In this document: one piece after another, positions 49,700 to 61,759 of the stretch
Layout: the number at the start of each line of letters is the position of its first letter
Position numbering within the stretch: position 1 is the first letter of the stretch
Assembly: GCA_002269645.1 (NCBI GenBank)
Contig: NIVC01000501.1
Coordinates: 62,001 to 126,000 of the forward strand
DNA length: 64,000 nt
Direction: 5' to 3'
Source: Macrostomum lignano
Taxonomy: Eukaryota
Translations under genes and position numbers: made by a program
Notes under the pieces: model-generated
Told to the model about the DNA's origin: nothing
The model's input: only the letters and a program-made list of their open reading frames with translations
Databases searched by the model: none

Positions 49700-50470
49700 T
49701 CCAGCAGCTAGTGGTTCCTCTGTAGCTGGCGCCCCCCCCCCTGTAGCTGGTGCCCCAATCTGTAGCTGGCGCCCCCCCCCCTGTAGCTGGTGCCCCAATC
49801 TGTAGCTGGTGCCCCAATCTGTAGCTGGTGCCCCAATCTGTAGCTGGCGCCCCAATCTGTAGCTGGTGCCCCAATCTGTAGCTGGCGCCCCAATCTGTAG
49901 CTGGTGCCCCAATCTGTAGCTGGCGCCCCAATCTGTAGCTGGTGCCCAATCTGTAGCTGGCGCCCCAATCTGTAGCTGGTGCCCCAATCTGTAGCTGGCG
50001 CCCCAATCTGTAGCTGGTGCCCCAATCTGTAGCTGGTGCCCCAATCTGTAGCTGGCGCCCCAATCTGTAGCTGGTGCCCCAATCTGTAGCTGGTGCCCCA
50101 ATCTGTAGCTGGTGCCCCAATCTGTAGCTGGTGCCCCAATCTGTAGCTGGTGCCCCAATCTGTAGCTGGCGCCCCCCCCCCTGTAGCTGGTGCCCCAATC
50201 TGTAGCTGGTGCCCCAATCTGTAGCTGGCGCCCCCCCCCTGTAGCTGGTGCCCCAATCTGTAGCTGGTGCCCCAATCTGTAGCTGGTGCCCCCCCGTAGC
50301 TGGCGCCCCAATCTGTAGCTGGCGCCCCCCTGTAGCTGGCGCCTTCTCTACAGCTAGTGGCTCCTCTATAGCTGGCACCCCCTCTGTAGCTGGCACCCCC
50401 TCTGTAGCTGGCACCCCCTCTATAGTTGGCACCCCCACTGTAGCTGGCAACCCCACTGTAGCTGGCATCT
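49700..50470. repeat. 19-bp minisatellite TGTAGCTGGTGCCCCAATC
   Basis: Direct reading. Confidence 0.93.
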
Positions 50471-52118
50471 CCACTGAATTAGATTACTCTCTGGCTAGTA
50501 CTTTATCTATAGCTGGTGCTCTTTTTGATATTCCTGTAACTAGTGTTCCTTATAAGATATTCAAAGCTTAGTGCAAGTGCAAAACTCATAAAATAAAGTC
50601 TTACTAGAAATATAAATTTGAAATATTAGAGACAATAGCAAAATCTACTTGCTTGAACTTAAAAAAAACATTTAATAGATCCTATATTATATATACTAAA
50701 AATTCCTAACTAAATGTAATATAGTTTTGTCAAATATTCACATTCATGTGCAACAGTTGGCTGAGTTGGCCGATCCGGCCAACCAGGTAAGTCGCAAAAA
50801 TGCCCACCCGAATAAATACCAAAGTACTACTAAGTAGATGACAAGGCATTTTGCCTTAATAAGACAGTTAAAGTTACTCCTGCTGTTTACCCAAAGTTGC
50901 GTTAATTTTGCTTTAGGGTTTCTTTTACATGTAAGTCACATTTTTGGCAAAAAACTACATTGCATTTTTGTAAAAGTTGCATGGCCAACCAAATTTTGGA
51001 GGTTGCGCATGTATGAATATTCAAACACAAAAATGATATATAATTATATTTATTATTAAAATATAGATTAGATTTCAAGTGAATGTTTTGATATTTGATT
51101 ATCAGGTGATCCTGACAACACACCATGTTATTAATAAATAAATGGATTAAATAAATATGTGATAGTTAAACCATGTAAACTATGATGTTTCTTTTGGTGC
51201 ATGGTCATTTTGTCTGCTGCCTTTTCGTCTGCCTAAAAGCATAAGCATATAGCAAAATAGCAAAGCAAAAAGCATAAGCAAAAAGCATAAAATAGTAAGC
51301 TAGGGCAGGGCTATGCCTGCCTTACTTAACATACTTATTTCAAAAACTTTTGTGAATAATAAACACTGGCACTCCAGCATCGTGAAAAAAAACAAAATTG
51401 AAAAAGTTGTAATAACTATTGTGCAGTTAGGCTTTCCCTACTAAAGAGTTACTCTTCGTTTACTGTTATTGGACCAGAATTTGACATCATTCACTATATT
51501 TTAGCGACTACTAGTGTCTAGACTCTATGTCCTTCTAGGAAAACGATGCAAAATAGAGAACTCGTGCGCTTTTAAATTTAAAACAAATACTTAGTTAGTT
51601 ATATCATTAAATTTTAGCTTTCTTCAGTAAAAAAAGACCAGCTGTTTTAGTTTTCGAATATTCGTCAAGGAACATCCATTCAGTAAACTAATGCCACCTT
51701 CCATCCTATATACTAAAAATGAAAATCTTGCTTGCTTGCTTGCTTGTAATCGATTAGAGAAAAAATGGCTTAACCGATTTTCATGAGACTTGCATTGTTC
51801 GATCAGAAATTTTCCCGTGACAGTACATGCATCGTGGCTAAGAAATTGCTTGATGCTAAAGGCATTAAATATTCGAAAAACATGCTTTTTTGCAAAGGTC
51901 AAGCAAACTTTTCGACTTGAAATGCATTGTAAGAATGCTAGAGAAAAAATTGACTGGTTGATTCTGATTCTGAAATAGATTGCATCATAACTGAATTGTA
52001 ACTCCAACTTGAATTGCGTCACAGTATTGAAAATGCAGTGTGGATTGCGTAACCATATTGTCAACTTTAATTGAGACTGATACTTAAGTGCTACAATTTC
52101 ATTTATAAATTCGATAAT

Positions 52119-52195
52119 AGCTAGCCTAGATGTGAACAGACTGGACTGCGAATGCAGCGACCTGGGTTCGAATCTTAGTAGTGAAAAGTTTTTTT
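52119..52195 (+). pseudogene. Degenerate tRNA-like/SINE head
   Basis: A-box-like TAGCCTAGATG (~52122), B-box GGTTCGAATC (52165-52174) and a T-run at ~52189; the cloverleaf does not fold cleanly. Confidence 0.3.
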
Positions 52196-52234
52196 ATTAA
52201 AAGCTTTTATTAAAGGACAAATAAAGGACAAAAG

Positions 52235-55040
52235 GCGTCATGTAAAAAAGCATAGAAGCGTCATGTAAAAAATCATGGAAGCGTCATGTAAAAAATCATA
52301 GAAGCGTCATGTAAAAAAATCATAGAAGCGTCATGTAAACAATCATAGAAGCGTCATGTAAAAAATCATAGAAGCGTCATGTAAACAATCATAGAAGCGT
52401 CATGTAAAAAAATCATAGAAGCGTCATGTAAAAAATCATAGAATCGTCATGTAAACAATCATAGAAGCGTCATGTAAACAATCATAGAAGCGTCATGTAA
52501 ACAATCATAGAAGCGTCATGTAAACAATCATAGAAGCGTCATGGAAAAAATCATAGAAGCGTCATGGAAAAAATCATAAAATCGTCATGTAAACAATCAT
52601 AGAAGCGTCATGTAAAAAATCATAGAAGCGTCATGTAAAAAAATCATAGAAGCGTCATGTAAACAATCATAGAAGCGTCATGTAAAAAATCACAGAAACG
52701 TCATGTAAAAAATCATAGAAGCGACATGTAAAAAATCATAGAAGCGTCATGTAAAAAAAATCATAGAAGCGTCATGTAAACAATCATAGAATCGTCATGT
52801 AAACAATCATAGAAGCGTCATGTAAACAATCATAGAAGCGTCATGTAAACAATCATAGAAGCGTCATGTAAAAAATCATAGAAGCGTCATGTAAACAATC
52901 ATAGAAGCGTCATGTAAACAATCATAGAAGCGTCATGTAAACAATCATAGAATCGTCATGTAAAAATCATAGAAGCGTCATGTAAAAAATCATAGAAGCG
53001 TCATGTAAACAATCATAGAAGCGTCATGTAAAAAAATCATAGAAGCGTCATGTAAACAATCATAGAATCGTCATGTAAACAATCATAGAAGCGTCATGTA
53101 AAAAATAATAGAAGCGCATTGTAAAAAATCATAGAAGCGTCATGTAAACAATCATAGAAGCGTCATGTAAAAAATCATAGAAGCGTCATGTAAAAAATCA
53201 TAGAAGCGTCATGTAAAAAAATCATAGAAGCGTCATGAAAAAAATGATAGAAGTGTCATGTAAAAAATCATAGAAGCGTCATGTAAAAAAATCATAGAAG
53301 CGTCATGTAAACAATCATAGAAGCGTCATGTAAAAATTCATAGAAGCGTCATGTAAAAAATCATAGAAGCGTCATGTAAACAATCATAGAAGCGTCATGT
53401 AAAAAATCATAGAAGCGTCATGTAAAAAATCATAGAAGCGTCATGTAAAAAATCATAGAAGCGTCATGTAAAAAATCATAGAAGCGTCATGGAAAAAATC
53501 ATAGAAGCGTCATGTAAACAATCATAGAATCGTCATGTAAACAATCATAGAAGCGTCATGTAAAAAATAATAGAAGCGTCATGTAAACAATCATAGAAGC
53601 GTCATGGAAAAAATCATAGAATCGTCATGTAAAAAATCATAGAAGCGTCATGTAAAAAATCATAGAAGCGTCATGTAAAAAACATCATAGAAGCGTCATG
53701 TAAACAATCATAGAAGCGTCATGTAAAAAATCATAGAAGCGTCATGTAAACAATCATAGAAGCGTCATGTAAACAATCATAGAAGCGTCATGTAAACAAT
53801 CATAGAAGCGTCATGTAAAAAATAATAGAAGCCTCATGTAAAAAATCATAGAAGCGTCATGGAAAAAATCATAGAAGCGTCGTGTAAACAATCATAGAAG
53901 CGTCATGTAAAAAATCATAGAAGCGTCATGTAAAAAATCATAGAAGCGTCATGTAAAAAATCATTGAAGCGTCATGTAAAAAATCATAGAATCGTCATGT
54001 AAACAATCATAGAAGCGTCATGTAAAAAATCATAGAAGCGTCATGTAAAAAATCATAGAAGCGTCATGTAAAAAATCATTGAAGCGTAATGTAAAAAATC
54101 ATAGAATCGTCATGTAAACAATCATAGAAGCGTCATGTAAACAATCATAGAAGCGTCATGTAAAAAATCATAGAAGCGTCATGTAAACAATCATAGAAAC
54201 GTCATGTAAAAAATCATAGAAGCGTCATGTAAAAAATCATAGAAGCGTCATGTAAAAAATCATTGAAGCGTCATGTAAAAAATCATAGAATCGTCATGTA
54301 AACAATCATAGAAGCGTCATGTAAAAAATCATAGAAGCGTCATGTAAAAAATCATAGAAGCGTCATGTAAAAAATCATTGAAGCGTAATGTAAAAAATCA
54401 TAGAATCGTCATGTAAACAATCATAGAAGCGTCATGTAAACAATCATAGAAGCGTCATGTAAAAAATCATAGAAGCGTCATGTAAACAATCATAGAAACG
54501 TCATGTAAAAAATCATAGAAGCGTCATGTAAAAAATCATAGAAGCGTCATGTAAAAAATCATGGAAGCGTCATGTAAAAAATCATAGAAGCGTCATGTAA
54601 AAAAATCATAGAAGCGTCATGTAAACAATTATAGAATCGTCATGTAAAAAAATCATAGAAGCGTCATGTAAAAAATCATAGAAGCGTCATGTAAAAAATC
54701 ATAGAAGCGTCATGTAAAAAATCATAGAAGCGTCATGTAAAAAATCATAGAAGCGTCATGTAAAAAATCATAGAAGCGTCATGTAAAAAATCATAGAAGC
54801 GTCATGTAAAAAATCATAGAAACGTCATGTAAACAATCATAGAAGCGTCATGTAAAAAATTATAGAAGCGTCACGTAAACAATCATAGAATCGTCATGTA
54901 AACAATCATAGAAGCGTCATGTAAAAAAATCATAGAAGCGTCATGTAAAAAATCATAGAAGCGTCATGTAAAAAATCATAGAAGCGTCATGGAAGAATAA
55001 AAGAAGCGTCATGTAAAAATCAAAAGAAGCGTCATGTCAG
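52235..55040. repeat. 2.8-kb satellite of 23-bp unit TCATGTAAAAAATCATAGAAGCG
   Basis: Roughly 120 tandem units with A-tract length variants. Confidence 0.97.
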
Positions 55041-55059
55041 ACATGAAAGAAGTGTAATG

Positions 55060-56520
55060 TAAAAATTAAATGAAGCTGTGCTGTGCTGGGGAGACTTACT
55101 GAGATGTCAAGGCTCACGGAGAATAACTGAGATTACGGAGGGGTGGGTTTCTGAGATGTCAAAGCAAAAGTCAGAAACTACTTCAAAGTACATGTACTTT
55201 ACTCAATTTTTTTATTACATTCTTTGTTGGCTCGCCACGGGGGGGAGGCGCTGATAGAAGAAGAGTCATGTAAAAAAGAAAAGAAGCACTATGTATACAT
55301 AAAAGAAGATTCATGTCGAAGTTAAAAGATTCATTTGGGAATTGCTACGATGTCAAGGCTTGGAGGGAATCGCTATAGTGCTGTGATTCTTGAAGAAAGA
55401 ATCACTAAATTGTCAAGGCTTAGGGGAGAAGAATTGCTGAGATTTCAAGGCTTTTATAGGTTGGGTTAAAGTTAGGTTTAGGTCAGGTTTGGGTTGAGGG
55501 TTAGATTTTAGCGGGTTTCAAAGTTAACAGGGGATTTTTCAGATATCAAGGTTTATGGGGGCATTGCTGACATTTCAAGGCTTATGGGGGAATAGCTGAG
55601 ATGTCAAGGCTTATGGGGGAATAAATGAGATGTCAAGGCTAAAGTCAGAAGCAACATGTAGTCTATTAAAAAGTTATTTTTCATTATTTGTTGGCTCCTC
55701 ACGGGAGGGATCGCTGATAAAAAAGTGTAATGTAAAAAATAAGAAGCTTCATGTCGAAAATAAGAGATTCATTTGGGAATCCCTACGATGTCGAGGCTTG
55801 CAGGGAATCGCTATAATGCTGTAGTGCTATAATGACTGTTGGAGAGAATTACTGAAATGTCAATGCTTTAGGGTTAGGGTTAGGGTTAGGGTTAGGGTAA
55901 GGTTAGGGTTAGAAGTTTGACAGATTTTTTTAGATTTCTAGGCTTATTGGGGGCATTGCTGAAATGTCAAGGGGGAAGTTGATATGTTAAAGCTTGTGGG
56001 GGGGGGAATTACTGACATGTCAAGGCTTACAAGGGACTTCTGATATATATTGCAAAAAGATTCTACATGTACTTTATTACAAAACTTGTACTGCATTTTT
56101 GGCTCCCCGACGCTAAGATACTAAGCTAAAAAATACTACTAGCGCTTTACAAACTTATGCAGATGTCAGGCTGTAGGGTTAGTGTTCGGTTGGTATTATG
56201 GTTTAGGTTTAGGGTTAGGTTCAGGGTTATTGCGTTAAGATTCGTGTTAGGGTTAGGGTTAGAGTAGTTTATAACTTTAGCTCATGTAGCTTATTAAAAA
56301 TTTTTATCATGGAAGCATGATGCAAAAATAATGCAAGCGTCATGTAAAAATTATAGAAGCATCATGCAACAACCCATGGACAAAATATTGAATTTAGGGT
56401 TTTGGTTAGGGTTAGGGTTAGTGTTAAAAGTTTGACAGGAGATTTCTTAAGATTTCAAGACTACATGTAGCTTATTAAAAAAACGTGTATTGCATTTCTT
56501 TGGCTCCCCAACGGGGGGGC
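55060..56520. repeat. Diverged ~400-500-bp tandem duplications carrying TTAGGG tracts
   Basis: Paralogous blocks (..TTGTTGGCTC..GATTCATTTGGGAAT..GGGAATCGCTATA..) at ~55160-55400 and ~55640-55830. Five perfect TTAGGG at 55868-55897, shorter tracts near 55470, 56200-56265 and 56395-56420. Confidence 0.75.
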
Positions 56521-56803
56521 GTAGATTGCTAGTTTTTTCTATTTTCGCTCAATTATGCTATCCAACTGTTGGTCTACATGGAGTATATTTGACTTTGGTA
56601 TTTGTATTGGAATTAAGGTTAATCTTGCAGAAACCTTATTTTAGTTTGACTTATAAAGACAATCGAAGAAATTAAGTTGAATACACATACCAATAGTACT
56701 CGTAGCATATCTATCTTCTTAACTTTCTCCCAACCTAGTCAGCGCCCTGGTACCTCGAATAACATAGTTCATAGAGCAAACAAGGACGACTTACCGTAAG
56801 TAG

Positions 56804-57159
56804 GAGCCTCTTCACGGCAATCGGTTCTAGAACCAGAACCAGTGTGAAATGAGGAGCTTCGAACCCATTTTATTTTTGACAGTCTTTACAATTTAATTTT
56901 GTCGTTCTTTGACTTTGTTTCCTCTTTGATATGACAAAAAGTAATAATTATATAACAATAATAAAAAATTGACGATTTCAAATACATTTTACTGTTAAAG
57001 TGTAAACATGAAAACGGTTCGACAAAATTTCTCGAACCATATTCTAGAACCAGAACCATGTTCCGGAACTGATTCTGTTTTTCGAACCAATCGTTATGAA
57101 GAGCGTCGAACCGGTTCGGAACCGGTTCCGTTTTTCGAATCGGCGATATGAAGAGGCTC
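56804..57159. mobile_element. PIF/Harbinger-like MITE (356 bp)
   Basis: 11-bp TIR GAGCCTCTTCA, 3-bp direct repeat TAG at 56801-56803 and 57160-57162, internal GAACC/GGTTC subterminal repeats. Confidence 0.6.
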
Positions 57160-57164
57160 TAGGA

Positions 57165-57206
57165 CAAGGACCACTAGAAGTTACCGGTAACTTCTAGTGG
57201 TCCTTG
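57165..57206. mobile_element. 42-bp perfect palindromic insertion with 8-bp TSD
   Basis: CAAGGACCACTAGAAGTTACC followed with no spacer by its exact reverse complement; CTCTAGGA at 57157-57164 and 57207-57214. Confidence 0.7.
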
Positions 57207-57355
57207 CTCTAGGACGGGACACCTCGTTTCTTGGAAAATTTTTGAAAGCAGGTTTTTCCGAAAAATACACTACGGAGATAGGAAGTTTTCATTTTTTCAG
57301 CCTAAAAATTGCTATTGCTTTTGATAGGAGGCAGATCCAGTGTTCATCTTTTGAT

Positions 57356-60300
57356 CAGTGTTGCCACTGACTGATTTCGAAAAAAAAACGCAGGCCGAAA
57401 AAAATAACGCCAACTTTTTTTCTCATAAAAAGGACTTCCTTGCTAGCCGTATCACTGTTACCGGATTCGAATATTGTACTTATATTGTATCTATTGCACG
57501 TATATTGTGTCTGGTGACTTCTGACACAGCGGCACTCATTCCAAAAATGCCAAAGACGAAAAACCAGTAGTTACTTGTTAGCAAATTTCGAGCAAAAATT
57601 ATAATAATTAGTTTTTCTTCTTCTTAGGCACATGGGGAAGGCGTGCAAGAGCAGCGTTCTCCGCTTGTCGCTTCAGCCTTGCTGCTTCCTCGGCTGTGCG
57701 CTGAACGACTTGGTCCATTGCACGCTGTTCAATGACAAGCCGCTCAGACTCAAATTGTGACAGCCGAACAGAAACGGCCGTATCTTCTCCCTGTGCTTTG
57801 CGCAGCCTGTCAATCGCAATTTGAACGTCTCGCTCGGCTTCAATGCACTTTGCCGTAGTCTCCGATTTTTTCGCGACCTGCTGGCTCTGTTCCTGAGCGA
57901 GGCGTTCGAGTGCATCTTTTCGCTCAGCGTTCTATAATGTTGCGGGAAATATTGAATTAAATACAGTAATATAAATTCATTATAAAAAGTAATTAATGTT
58001 TTCACGGAATGTTTTTACCTTCTCAGCTTCTCGGCGCAACTTCTCTTGTTCTGCTTCAGCTGCCTTTTTAATTGCTGCCAGTTCACTTGCCTTTTTTTCA
58101 GCAGCCATTCGCTGCTTGTACTCGGAACTCGCCTTTAAAGCGGCCTGGATTAGTTCATCAGGAATCGGCACATTTTTTGGTTTAAGGCTACGAGCACACA
58201 AAAAGCTGCGAGCTAAAAGTGAGTCTCGGAGCTTTTCGTCCGAGAGTCGATTTCGCTTTGGATTGGCGCTAGCGTCGTGGGACTTTCCGATGAACCGCTC
58301 TGCATCTGCGTTTCCATGAAACAGGGTGCAGCATGCAGAAGCAAGACGCGATAAAAGCGGGTATCGACCAGTCTTGGCAGCCTTCCTCCAACCACCAGCA
58401 ATGTCGTGATTGTCAGGCAAAAGGAGATCGCCGGCGTTGGTTCGCAGATTTAGTAGCCTAACCTCAGTTTGGAGGCTACTAATGTCGCTAGCTGGAACGA
58501 CTAGAGGAAGCTTTTTAGCAACGAACAGCACAGCCTCTTCATCGACTTCAGTTGTGAAGTCCAGAAACTTCATGCAGCGCAGAACTTTCTTCTTGAGCGG
58601 CAGCTTCCCCTGCAAGTAGGTTGCCACCGCTAGGTAAAACTGCTTAAAGCGAAAAAGTAGCGGCTTTTGCCGATCAGGCAGAGTAGCTTGCTGGCCAATT
58701 ACAATCTTTGTCATGGGTAAATGCAGACTTTGATCTTTAAAGTCGACGAATGCAACCGACTTCTTCTCAAAGGCAGATGGTTGTATAAACTGGATGGCAA
58801 TGGCTTCAAGCAAGGCGGTCATCTCCGGATGCAGCCGGTGAATTAGGACTGTACAGCTTTCTTGGAGCAGTTTCTCAAAGCGGCTTGCAAGCTTTAGAGC
58901 GTGGATCATAAATCGGACGCAAACCAGTGTGTCCGGGTTTTGGATGGCAGCTCGGAGTCTTCGTATGCGGTCAGAATTGTCGTCAGATTGCGAAAGGAAG
59001 AGAGATAGAGGAACCCACTGCTCCTCTATGCGCTCCAAGCAGGGAAGGAGAATGAGCCATCGTAACTCCACGTTCCGCTTGAAGGAAAGCTGTGCCATGC
59101 CAATTTGTTCTTGCAGGGCCTTGAATTCCTTTCGACGAGTAATGCTTCTGCTGAAGCAGGCAAAAATGTCGTCAGCAAGGTCGGACACTTCAGAAAGATG
59201 ACAGTCTGAAGCCTTTCGAAATGCGTTGGCAACAATGTGCAGTGTGCAGCTACCTATGTCAAGTAGATGTTCGAGCTCAGGAGTTTGACGCAAGATTGCA
59301 GACACGCCGGCGTGTTCGCCAACCATCACGCTGCAACCATCGGAAAAATTTCCAATCCATTTCGATAAAGGGAGCTTGCTGTCCAAAACGCACTGTCGAA
59401 TTAGTTGCGCACATGAAGCAGCGTCGTGGCCTTCCAGAGGAAGTTGGTTGAGCATCTCGACCACAACACTGCCCTCAGAATTAAGATAACGTACGCAAAT
59501 CATCATAAGACCGTCACTCTCATCATAGCTGATGGAGTAAAAGCCGAATGACGATTCTAGTGCATCCACACCCACAATCGACTCAGTTATTTTTTGCTGC
59601 ACAAAAGGAACGATCGCGAATGACAGCAAGTAGGCCTGCTTGGTGCGGGCACAAGAAAAGCTTGCAGCGATTTTAGAATCCGAAAACATGGCTCGGAATA
59701 AATCAGGGCTGTCGTCCTCCGTGTTAAAGCTCTTCGATTTGTATGCCGAGTTCCACACCCAGCGAATTTCGGCTGCAGTCGTTTTGATTGACTTGTCATC
59801 GCTACTACTAGCTGCTGGATCTTTCTGTTTAGTGCAGAAGGATGCGATTGACTTCTGCTTCTGCTGCAGTGCTGTAGCTGCATTTGCTTCGTGAATTTTT
59901 GCTTTCATGTGCTGTTTGATGGCGGAAATTCCACCGCTTCCAACATGTATCGGTCTATCGCAGAAAAGGCAGAACGCGTCTGTATTGACTTTACCCTTCG
60001 TCAACCATTTCTCTGCTTCTAGGGAAACAATCCAAGCGGCGTCGAAAGTTGTTAGCCGAGTTCGCTTTGAATCGTTCGACGCAGTGCTCATGCTCACAGA
60101 AATTATTCTTTGTTGTTGTTGTCTGGAGTTTAAAATCAGCTTATGATTGAAATGCATATGAAAATACTTAAGTTAAAATGGCAATGTCAGGTATGCTAAT
60201 AATAACCTATGGTATTGGGTGAGGGCGATTCTGTGGTGTTGAGGGCGGTTCTGTGGGTTCAAGGGCAATTCTGTGGGGTATTTTTAGTGGTTTCTAAATG

Positions 60301-60514
60301 TTACTAAGCAGGAAAGCAAAAGCGAGTTCTTTTTTTTGTATTTTGTACAGTGTTTATTATTAGCATTACTGTTATTTGAGTGCAGTACAAAAATATTACA
60401 AGGATCAATGAACCATTCAAGAAAAAACGCCAGAAAGTGAGAATTTGGAGAAAAAAAACGCCTAACGCCAAAAAAAAACGCCAGCGTTAAAAAACGCCAC
60501 AAGTGGCAACACTG
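57356..60514 (-). mobile_element. Full-length hAT DNA transposon (3159 bp)
   Basis: 12-bp TIR CAGTGTTGCCAC at both ends, perfect 8-bp TSD CTTTTGAT (57348-57355 and 60515-60522), subterminal AAAACGC repeats, internal transposase. Confidence 0.93.
57608..60157 (-). CDS. hAT transposase; exon 60157 (or 60091)-58019, 87-bp intron, exon 57931-57608
   Basis: BED-like zinc finger (FCLFC..HMKAKIH), FSCARTK, catalytic D (SYDES), D (FSDG), CxxH (CTLH), RW and E (DAERF). No stops or frameshifts. AAG|gtaaaa...ttatag|AAC adds a 107-aa coiled-coil tail ending PKKKKN. Confidence 0.88.
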
Positions 60515-61356
60515 CTTTTGATATGTTTGGCCTTTCTTATTGCTCTATCGATACTCATAAAGCTTTTTGTTCAATGAATTAGGATTCTATGTTAATTAAT
60601 TATTCTACGTACCCTTGCACGTATCTTCTGCCTAAAAACCATTTACAGTGGCACGGCTCACGGAAACGAGGTTTTCGTCCTTCTACTTAAGTCGTCCTTG
60701 AGTGCAAACGCAAAGTAACTGAGTAATTTCATAAATACGAGTAATTGGCAAATAGGAAAATTATAAACCAAAAGTTTTAAAATTGCATTGCACTATGAAA
60801 TTTTGTTAGTGCGTTGTCTGCTTGTCTCAGTTTGATTGGCAGAAACTAGGCCTTCTCACATGATATATTTTATGTACAACAATCACAAAATACTAGCTAT
60901 TACGAATTTGAAAAATTTTAAATTATTTTAAAATACTGCATGACTTACTAAATACATAAATTTAATATTTATGAATTATTAATCAAAACTTAAACAATCA
61001 CGGGATAGGCAATAGAATTACTGTGATATATGATGCTCTGTTAGATTATATGGCACAGGTTTAAAAGAAGCGCATGATCTAGTAAAGATCGATAATATTT
61101 TAATGCAAAATTCGCTAGACAATAGAATAACGACGAACCTCTCCATCAAAAGAAGTAAAGCCGGAATAGACATTTAAAAATGTAAAGTTTTAACAAAACT
61201 CTACACGTACTCGTAGAGGCGTATAGAAACCAGTTCATTAATATTTACTGCTGCACCCGAACTTACTCTCGTAAATCTCATTTTCGGTCTGTGAGACTGA
61301 TGATTATTAACAATTAATTTTATTCTCCCAAAATGTTTGTTTACTTGAAAAGGCAT

Positions 61357-61638
61357 TCAGGAGCTATTACTCTTCTTCACAACATAGATCTTATCATTCT
61401 GACAGGTGATGACGTAATGGAACCCGTCATCGCAGTGGACAGTAACGGATTGAAAGCAGCCGGAGTTGCCGCTCTGCTGCAGAAGGTACTCGGCGCGGTA
61501 CAGCAGGCCCAGCACCAGTTTGGCCAGGTCCTCCCGGTTGTTCAATTGGCCCTGGCTTTGCAGCACGTTACCGTCTGGGCTGCAGATTAGCGCGCCGACA
61601 CAGTTTGGCACCCGATCGAAAACTGATTGATTGGTCAT
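61357..61638 (-). CDS. LAMTOR4: Ragulator complex subunit LAMTOR4 (single coding exon, ~93 aa)
   Basis: FDRVPNCVGALICSPDGNVLQSQGQLNNREDLA..IYVVKK parallels [38 protein letters not shown] (roadblock fold, from memory). Confidence 0.82.
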   Translation of the reverse strand: MTNQSVFDRVPNCVGALICSPDGNVLQSQGQLNNREDLAKLVLGLLYRAEYLLQQSGNSGCFQSVTVHCDDGFHYVITCQNDKIYVVKKSNSS

Positions 61639-61759
61639 TTGCTGACTAGCTGATTGTATCCAGTGCAATTAGTAAGGCATGCAAATTTATTTAAATTGGT
61701 AGGTTTTCAGTTCAGTGTTTTTAATTTAGCCTTACTGAAGAAAGCAATGATCTGGTGAA

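Noticed and set aside
50765-50790. Short hairpin TTGGCCG-ATC-CGGCCAA
   Set aside because: A 7-bp stem is expected by chance; no supporting context.
51624-52064. 146-aa AT-rich ORF
   Set aside because: Low-complexity AT-rich composition and no motifs; likely chance or decayed TE.
57673-58005. 110-aa minus-strand ORF downstream of the transposase
   Set aside because: Alternative frame over the transposase second exon; the spliced frame fits the splice signals and composition better.
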